The notes beneath the pieces are model-generated. The model searched no databases and was not told the DNA's origin. It saw nothing but the letters and a program-made list of their open reading frames with translations. Made by a program: the position numbers and the translations under genes. 64,000 nucleotides of DNA from Leptospiraceae bacterium (GTDB lineage Bacteria; Spirochaetota; Leptospiria; Leptospirales; Leptonemataceae): positions 416,001-480,000 of the forward strand of contig JAVJNR010000005.1 of NCBI GenBank assembly GCA_040217195.1. The letters run 5' to 3'. Shown here piece by piece: positions 58,397 through 64,000 of this stretch. Positions within the stretch are counted from its first letter, which is position 1. Each line of letters starts with the position of its first letter.

Positions 58397-60034
58397 ATGG
58401 TAATCCGGAAAACCTGGAAGGCTCGGAGTGTTCTAGGGGCAACTCTTACTTTCTGTTTAATGACAGCTCCCATGCAGGGCCTGGAACGAAGCCAATTTCA
58501 GGATTGGCAGTTGCGAGGCCTGGAGCTCACAGAACAGCAGGGTCGAACTGTGCTCAGCATTTCCGGAAGCCGATCCGGTCCAGGTCAGGACTTTCTATTT
58601 CTGGGTTTCGATCAGGAGACTCCCAGCTTCTTGAGAGATCTGTCCGGCAATTTCCGAGTCCAGGAATCCGAATATGTGCGAGTTCCGGATTCTAAAGGCG
58701 GTACTGGCTCTGCACTATTTAATCGGCGCAAGAGTGGAGTTACCCTGGAGTCCCCGCCAGAACTGTGGCCTGGTTCCGGGCCCATGGAGTCCTTTCAGGT
58801 TTCTTTTTATTTCAAGGTAGCCCATCTGTACAGGCGTAATCGGTTATTTTCGCGCACCGGATTTCTGGATGGCTACAGACGTGGGCTTGAAGTACTTATT
58901 GAAGATGGATTTGTTCGCATCGAACTTGAAAATATGTTTCAGGATCTGGAACGTCAAACCCATTCCTTTGAGCTGCGATCCACACAACGAATCATTCTCG
59001 ATCGCTGGTATTTACTCCAGTTCAACTACAATGCATCCAATGGCCGGCTTACATTATATTTGAATGGAAAAGAGCAACAGGTAGTATATGCACGTACAGA
59101 AGGTCAGGTACTTAGGGCCGTGAATCCTTCCATGGATAGATCACCCATCAAGATCGCAGGTCAGTATTCTGGCTGGATGGATGAATTGCGCATTTCTCCT
59201 CTGAAGACAGATCCCGACATTATGGCCCCCTACAGGCCGGCCTCTTACGATCCTCTGAGTGGCAGAATCTACCAGGAAAGATCGGAGGCTCTTTCGCAAG
59301 TCCTGGCCTACAATCGGCCTGTCCGGTCCCTGGATCTATCCTTTGCCGGCAAGGAACCCCCTGGAAGTATGCTTTCTGTGGAATACAGAATTCAAAAGGA
59401 ACCGTTTTCTGCCGATGCAAGCGAGCATACACTTCCCTTTCAGAGATTGAAATCCTCCAGTCGAATTCCCTGGAATGGGCCGGCCTATTTACAATGGAGA
59501 GTGCGAATGCAACCTTCTCCCTCCGGCGAAATGACTCCTCAGCTTTCTGCCCTGAATTTGAAGGCCAATGCCGTCCAGGCCCCCTCCAGGCCCACCGGTC
59601 TTCGAGTTGTTCCGGACCTCTCAAATAATACAGAACTTTGCCTGGAATGGAATCGAAACCCTGAATCTGCCATAGAAAAGGAAGGAGGCTATCGAATTCA
59701 CCTGGGAGCACGATCCGGTAAATTTGTTGCATTGCTACAATTCAACCGGGACAAGAAGCCCATCCGAAGCGCCACATTACCTTTCCCACTGACTGAGCGC
59801 GAAAAGCTGGAGCAAAAGGCCCGGCCTCAGGCCATTCGTCGGTTGAAACAACAAAAGGTTCGATTCATGGTGGACAGGGCTCTTGTAGAGCGAAACAGAC
59901 TCTGGCTGGATCGCCGGGAAGCGTACCCATTCCTGGAAAAAGATCGAGCGTACTACCTGGCCGTTTCCGCCTATGTGCATCCGGATGCTCCTTCCACCGT
60001 ATCCTCGGAAATAGTGCATCTACTTCGCAACTAA
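58397..60034 (+). CDS. Exported LamG/concanavalin-like jelly-roll protein with an FN3-like C-terminus
   Basis: Signal peptide, RWY.L...Y....G.L.LYLNG, YSGWMDELRIS, PSRPTGL...LEW...YYLAVSAY. Confidence 0.8.
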   Translation: MVIRKTWKARSVLGATLTFCLMTAPMQGLERSQFQDWQLRGLELTEQQGRTVLSISGSRSGPGQDFLFLGFDQETPSFLRDLSGNFRVQESEYVRVPDSKGGTGSALFNRRKSGVTLESPPELWPGSGPMESFQVSFYFKVAHLYRRNRLFSRTGFLDGYRRGLEVLIEDGFVRIELENMFQDLERQTHSFELRSTQRIILDRWYLLQFNYNASNGRLTLYLNGKEQQVVYARTEGQVLRAVNPSMDRSPIKIAGQYSGWMDELRISPLKTDPDIMAPYRPASYDPLSGRIYQERSEALSQVLAYNRPVRSLDLSFAGKEPPGSMLSVEYRIQKEPFSADASEHTLPFQRLKSSSRIPWNGPAYLQWRVRMQPSPSGEMTPQLSALNLKANAVQAPSRPTGLRVVPDLSNNTELCLEWNRNPESAIEKEGGYRIHLGARSGKFVALLQFNRDKKPIRSATLPFPLTEREKLEQKARPQAIRRLKQQKVRFMVDRALVERNRLWLDRREAYPFLEKDRAYYLAVSAYVHPDAPSTVSSEIVHLLRN

Positions 60035-60052
60035 AAGCCCCTAAAAAAAGGT

Positions 60053-60081
60053 TTTACCCGGAAACCTCCGGTTTTCACAAT
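60053..60081 (+). promoter_or_regulatory. Putative sigma70 promoter of icmF, leaderless geometry
   Basis: TTTACC-N17-CACAAT-N6-ATG(60088), with no SD. Confidence 0.4.
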
Positions 60082-60087
60082 CGAGCT

Positions 60088-63000
60088 ATGTCTTCGCAAT
60101 CAACCGCTCAAGAAAGCTCACCTGCCATTGACCTGGGTGAACCGGTCCGCTTTGTTACGGCTGCCTCTCTATTTGATGGTCATGACGCTTCTATCAATAT
60201 GTTTCGTCGTATGCTCCAATCCGCCGGCGCGGAGGTGATTCATCTGGGGCATAATCGTAGCGTTGAAGATGTAGCCCTGGCTGCCATCCATGAGGATGCT
60301 CAGGGTGTGGCTCTCAGCTCCTATCAGGGCGGCCACATGGAATACTTTCAGTATTTACGCCAGCGGCTAAATGAAATGGGCGGAGATCATATTCGCATTT
60401 TCGGAGGCGGTGGCGGAGTCATCGTTGAGGATGAAATCCAACAATTACATTCCAGCGGTATCACTCGAATTTTTTCTCCAGAGGACGGACGGCGGATGGG
60501 TCTGGAAGGAATCATCGATTTTATGATCGATGAAGCCAGAAATGCACGAGAGAAAAGCCATCCCAATGCATTTCCATTACTTGCTCTGTCCCGGAAGATT
60601 TCCCTTCTGGAAACCGGAGAGGAAAGACCATTAAACATACCGCTAACGGTACCTGTGCTTGGAATCACTGGCCCGGGAGGCAGCGGAAAATCCTCCCTTA
60701 CCGATGAACTTGCACTTCGCTTATTGAATCAAAATCCAGACCTGAAACTGGCTGTTGTGGCTGTAGATCCCACCAGAAAAAAAACCGGTGGTGCCCTCCT
60801 GGGAGACCGAATTCGAATGAACAGTCTAAGTGCTTTTCCCGACCGTCTGTACTTTCGCTCCCTGGCAACCAGAGGGCAGTCCCAGGAATTATTGCAGGAA
60901 AGGTTGCTGGGTGTGGAAAGCCTGATCCAGGAAGCCGGATATGATTTGATGATTCTGGAGACTCCGGGCACGGGCCAGGAAGACAGCTTCATTACCGAAC
61001 TTTGCCAGAAATCACTGTACGTTATGACCTCTGAGTACGGAGCCCCTTCGCAGTTAGAAAAGATAGCCATGCTGGATTTCGCAGATATTGTTGCGCTGAA
61101 TAAAGCAGAAAAGACCGGCGCCGATGATGCCCTGCGATACATACAAAAGCAATTTGCACGAAACCGAAACCTGTTCGATGTAGAACCGGCTGAGCTACCG
61201 GTTTTTGCCACCGTTGCCGGTCGTTTCAATGATGCCGGCGTGCATACGCTTTATAATGCAATTACGGAACTTTTTCCCGAATCCGCATTGCGAACAATGG
61301 AGCTATCCAATGCCAGCGATATATCCGTAAATATTATTCCCCGAGATCGAGCGAACTATCTTTCCGAAATAGCACATACAGTTGAAGCTTACAGGAAGCG
61401 CGCTCAAAAACAGTGGGACCTGGCAGATAAGGTTCAGTCCCTGAGAAAAGCCCAGGAAGCACTGGATGTTCGTTCCGGGGAGTTGGCCGAAGGTCTTGAA
61501 AAGCGATCCCGGGAGCTGAAAGAAGAACTAGATCATCACCTTCTGGAATTTCTGGAAAGGTTTCCTGATATCAAAGAAACCTATGAGGCAGAATACTATA
61601 CCTACAAAGTAAGAAATAAAGAGATTACGCAGAGAATTCAATATACCTCCCTGAGCGGATTGCCAATACCCAGAGTGGCTTTGCCTGCTACAGAAAGCTG
61701 GTCCGAACTTGCCCGTTTCTACTACCTGGAGAACCTTCCGGGTAATTATCCATTTACTGCAGGAGTATTTCCGTTTCGCAAGCAGGATGAAGACCCGACT
61801 CGTATGTTTGCAGGCGAAGGAGGACCGGAAAGAACCAACCAGAGATTTCACTATTTATGTACCAGGGAAGCCACCGATGCATCCCATCCAGTGGCACGGT
61901 TGAGTACAGCTTTTGACTCTGTAACACTGTATGGTGAAGATCCCAACCGCCGACCGGATATCTACGGAAAAATCGGTAATTCCGGAGTAAGTATTCCTAC
62001 TCTGGACGATTGCAAGAGACTTTATTCAGGCTTTGATCTATCCAGCCCGCTGACCAGCGTTAGTATGACCATCAACGGTCCGGCTCCTGCCATCCTGGCC
62101 ATGTTCTTTAATACGGCCATTGATCAAAACATTGAGAAGCATCTTCGCAGCGAAGGCAAACTGAATCAGGCTCTGGAAAAAATTCGCAGCCAATGGGAAG
62201 ATCGCGGAATTGCTGCCCCACTCTACGAAGCCAAACTCCCAACAGGTCATGATGGTACAGGATTGATGCTTGGAATTACCGGAGATCAACTGGTAGAACC
62301 GGAAGTCTATGAACGAATTAAACAGGAAACACTGCAAAGCGTACGTGGAACCGTCCAGGCAGATATTCTAAAAGAGGACCAGGCACAGAATACATGTATA
62401 TTTTCCACCGGTTTTGCTCTAAAGATGATGGGAGACGTACAGGAGTATTTCACTGAAAAAGGAGTTCGAAACTTCTATTCCGTATCTATTTCCGGCTATC
62501 ATATGGCCGAAGCCGGAGCCAATCCAGTAACCCAGTTGGCATTCACTCTGGCAAATGGATTCACATACCTGGAATACTATCTGGCCAGGGGACTGGACAT
62601 TGATGCATTCGCTTCTAATTTCAGCTATTTCTTCTCCAACGGATTGGATCCTGAATACTCGGTTATTGGCCGGGTGGCTAGAAGGATATGGGCCATCGCT
62701 TTAAAGGAAAAGTACGGCGCCTCCGAAAGAGCCCAGAAGCTGAAATACCATATACAGACGTCCGGCCGGTCCCTGCATGCAAGGGAAATCAATTTCAACG
62801 ACATTCGAACCACTCTACAGGCCATGTATGCTCTGTTCGACAACACCAACAGTCTACATACCAACGCCTATGATGAAGCGATCACGACTCCCACAGAAGC
62901 CTCCGTAAGAAGGGCTGTGGCCATTCAGCTAATCATTCAAAAAGAACTGGGACTGAATCAGAACCAGAACCCCTGGCAGGGATCTTACATTATCGAAAAG

Positions 63001-63438
63001 CTGACAGATATGGTAGAAGCAGCTGTTCTGGAGGAATTTCACAGACTATCTGAACGCGGTGGTGTTGTAGGAGCTATGGAAACCATGTATCAACGCTCCA
63101 GGATTCAGGATGAGTCCATGAACTATGAAAGGCAGAAGCATTCCGGGGAAATTCCTGTTGTGGGAGTCAATACATTCACTTCAGATGCAGATCCAGAGAA
63201 CGTCACCGAACTCATTCGATCTTCAGACAATGAAAAGGATGACTGTATCGATAGCCTGGATCGATTTCACAGATTTCACCATAAAGAAGCCCTGGCCTCC
63301 CTTGCCAGACTGAAGGAAAAAGCTACAAGCGGGGCCAACCTGTTTGAGGAACTCCTGGAAAGTGTAAAGGTCTGCTCCCTGGGGCAGATTAGCCAGGCCC
63401 TGTATGAAGCCGGGGGCAGCTATCGCAGAAATATGTGA
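60088..63438 (+). CDS. icmF: Fused isobutyryl-CoA mutase / G-protein chaperone IcmF (B12-dependent)
   Basis: N-terminal B12-binding domain (LFDGHDAS), MeaB GTPase (GPGGSGKS, LLGDRIRM, NKAE), mutase barrel (PTRMFAGEG, GTVQADILKEDQAQN, SLHTNAYDEA). Confidence 0.95.
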   Translation: MSSQSTAQESSPAIDLGEPVRFVTAASLFDGHDASINMFRRMLQSAGAEVIHLGHNRSVEDVALAAIHEDAQGVALSSYQGGHMEYFQYLRQRLNEMGGDHIRIFGGGGGVIVEDEIQQLHSSGITRIFSPEDGRRMGLEGIIDFMIDEARNAREKSHPNAFPLLALSRKISLLETGEERPLNIPLTVPVLGITGPGGSGKSSLTDELALRLLNQNPDLKLAVVAVDPTRKKTGGALLGDRIRMNSLSAFPDRLYFRSLATRGQSQELLQERLLGVESLIQEAGYDLMILETPGTGQEDSFITELCQKSLYVMTSEYGAPSQLEKIAMLDFADIVALNKAEKTGADDALRYIQKQFARNRNLFDVEPAELPVFATVAGRFNDAGVHTLYNAITELFPESALRTMELSNASDISVNIIPRDRANYLSEIAHTVEAYRKRAQKQWDLADKVQSLRKAQEALDVRSGELAEGLEKRSRELKEELDHHLLEFLERFPDIKETYEAEYYTYKVRNKEITQRIQYTSLSGLPIPRVALPATESWSELARFYYLENLPGNYPFTAGVFPFRKQDEDPTRMFAGEGGPERTNQRFHYLCTREATDASHPVARLSTAFDSVTLYGEDPNRRPDIYGKIGNSGVSIPTLDDCKRLYSGFDLSSPLTSVSMTINGPAPAILAMFFNTAIDQNIEKHLRSEGKLNQALEKIRSQWEDRGIAAPLYEAKLPTGHDGTGLMLGITGDQLVEPEVYERIKQETLQSVRGTVQADILKEDQAQNTCIFSTGFALKMMGDVQEYFTEKGVRNFYSVSISGYHMAEAGANPVTQLAFTLANGFTYLEYYLARGLDIDAFASNFSYFFSNGLDPEYSVIGRVARRIWAIALKEKYGASERAQKLKYHIQTSGRSLHAREINFNDIRTTLQAMYALFDNTNSLHTNAYDEAITTPTEASVRRAVAIQLIIQKELGLNQNQNPWQGSYIIEKLTDMVEAAVLEEFHRLSERGGVVGAMETMYQRSRIQDESMNYERQKHSGEIPVVGVNTFTSDADPENVTELIRSSDNEKDDCIDSLDRFHRFHHKEALASLARLKEKATSGANLFEELLESVKVCSLGQISQALYEAGGSYRRNM

Positions 63439-63454
63439 TCTGGCCGGAAATACA

Positions 63455-64000
63455 ATGAGTCAAATGAGCAACTCCGAGCCTGGTTCGCATAAGGCAGTCT
63501 TTCTTTCAGCCCGGTGGCATCATCTAATCAACCTCACATATCCAGTGGAGCCGGAACTACTAAAGCCTTATCTTCCGGCCGGTCTGGAACTGGATATCTG
63601 GGAAGGCCAGGCCCATGTAAGCCTGGTAGCGTTTGATTTTCTTTCCACTCGAATCCTGGGCATGCCTATTCCTGGATATCGCAACTTCCCGGAAGTAAAT
63701 CTAAGGTTCTATGTTCGCTGGAAGAATAAGCCAGCCGTAGTATTCATTCGGGAGTTTGTTCCCAAAAGGGCCATCTCACTTGCAGCCAATCTGCTCTATA
63801 ATGAACCTTACAAACGAATTCCTATGCAATCCACGGTTAATACTACGCAGACTGTAAACGTCAGGCATACATTTGCGGGCCAATCACTTGAAATGGAAGC
63901 TCTGAACAGTCCTATGATTCCTGAACTGCATACAGCGGAACACCATTTCAAAGAACATGATCTAGGCTTTGGAACAGGACATAGAAAACAGACACTATGC
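63455..64000 (+). CDS. DUF2071/YqjF family protein (3'-truncated by window edge)
   Basis: Manual translation FLSARWHHLINLTYPVEPELLKPYLPAGLELDIWEGQAHVSLVAFDF...FPEVNLRFYVR. Confidence 0.88.
   Translation, partial: MSQMSNSEPGSHKAVFLSARWHHLINLTYPVEPELLKPYLPAGLELDIWEGQAHVSLVAFDFLSTRILGMPIPGYRNFPEVNLRFYVRWKNKPAVVFIREFVPKRAISLAANLLYNEPYKRIPMQSTVNTTQTVNVRHTFAGQSLEMEALNSPMIPELHTAEHHFKEHDLGFGTGHRKQTLC

Overview
This looks like a core-chromosome window of a Leptospiraceae spirochete (Leptospira/Leptonema-like, roughly 50% GC by eye). The taxonomy is inferred from gene order and protein character. It holds about 60 CDSs and 3 tRNAs (Leu-CAA, initiator Met, a second CAT tRNA). A long minus-strand housekeeping run covers rimP-nusA-infB-rbfA-truB-rpsO-pnp-dut-ftsK-lolA-rodZ-rimO-pgsA-trpD-yajC-(orf)-secD-secF-ribD-pcrA. 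Other blocks are ubiA-fmdB-lpxI-lpxB-argF and ech-dcd-cysE-AKR-TPR-bactofilin, plus icmF, an isolated fliH, ppa, a GAF-GGDEF cyclase and a DUF1566 lipoprotein. I found no transposase, integrase, prophage, CRISPR array or defence island, and I cannot support a large novel multi-gene system. The best leads are small. (1) An unannotated 57-aa Cys-rich ORF with a strong SD and CsrA-like sites, downstream of the diguanylate cyclase. (2) A divergent Hfq in a cysQ/glycosyltransferase operon. (3) A structured element in a 400-bp convergent gap, possibly an sRNA. (4) A stand-alone copy of an adenylate-cyclase-type TPR tail. (5) An extra membrane-anchored gene inside yajC-secDF. (6) A recurrent (G)CCGATA motif and leaderless promoter geometry. 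(7) A frameshifted HEAT-like gene. (8) Low-complexity appendages on core enzymes, including a 3x36-bp tandem repeat in rsmE.
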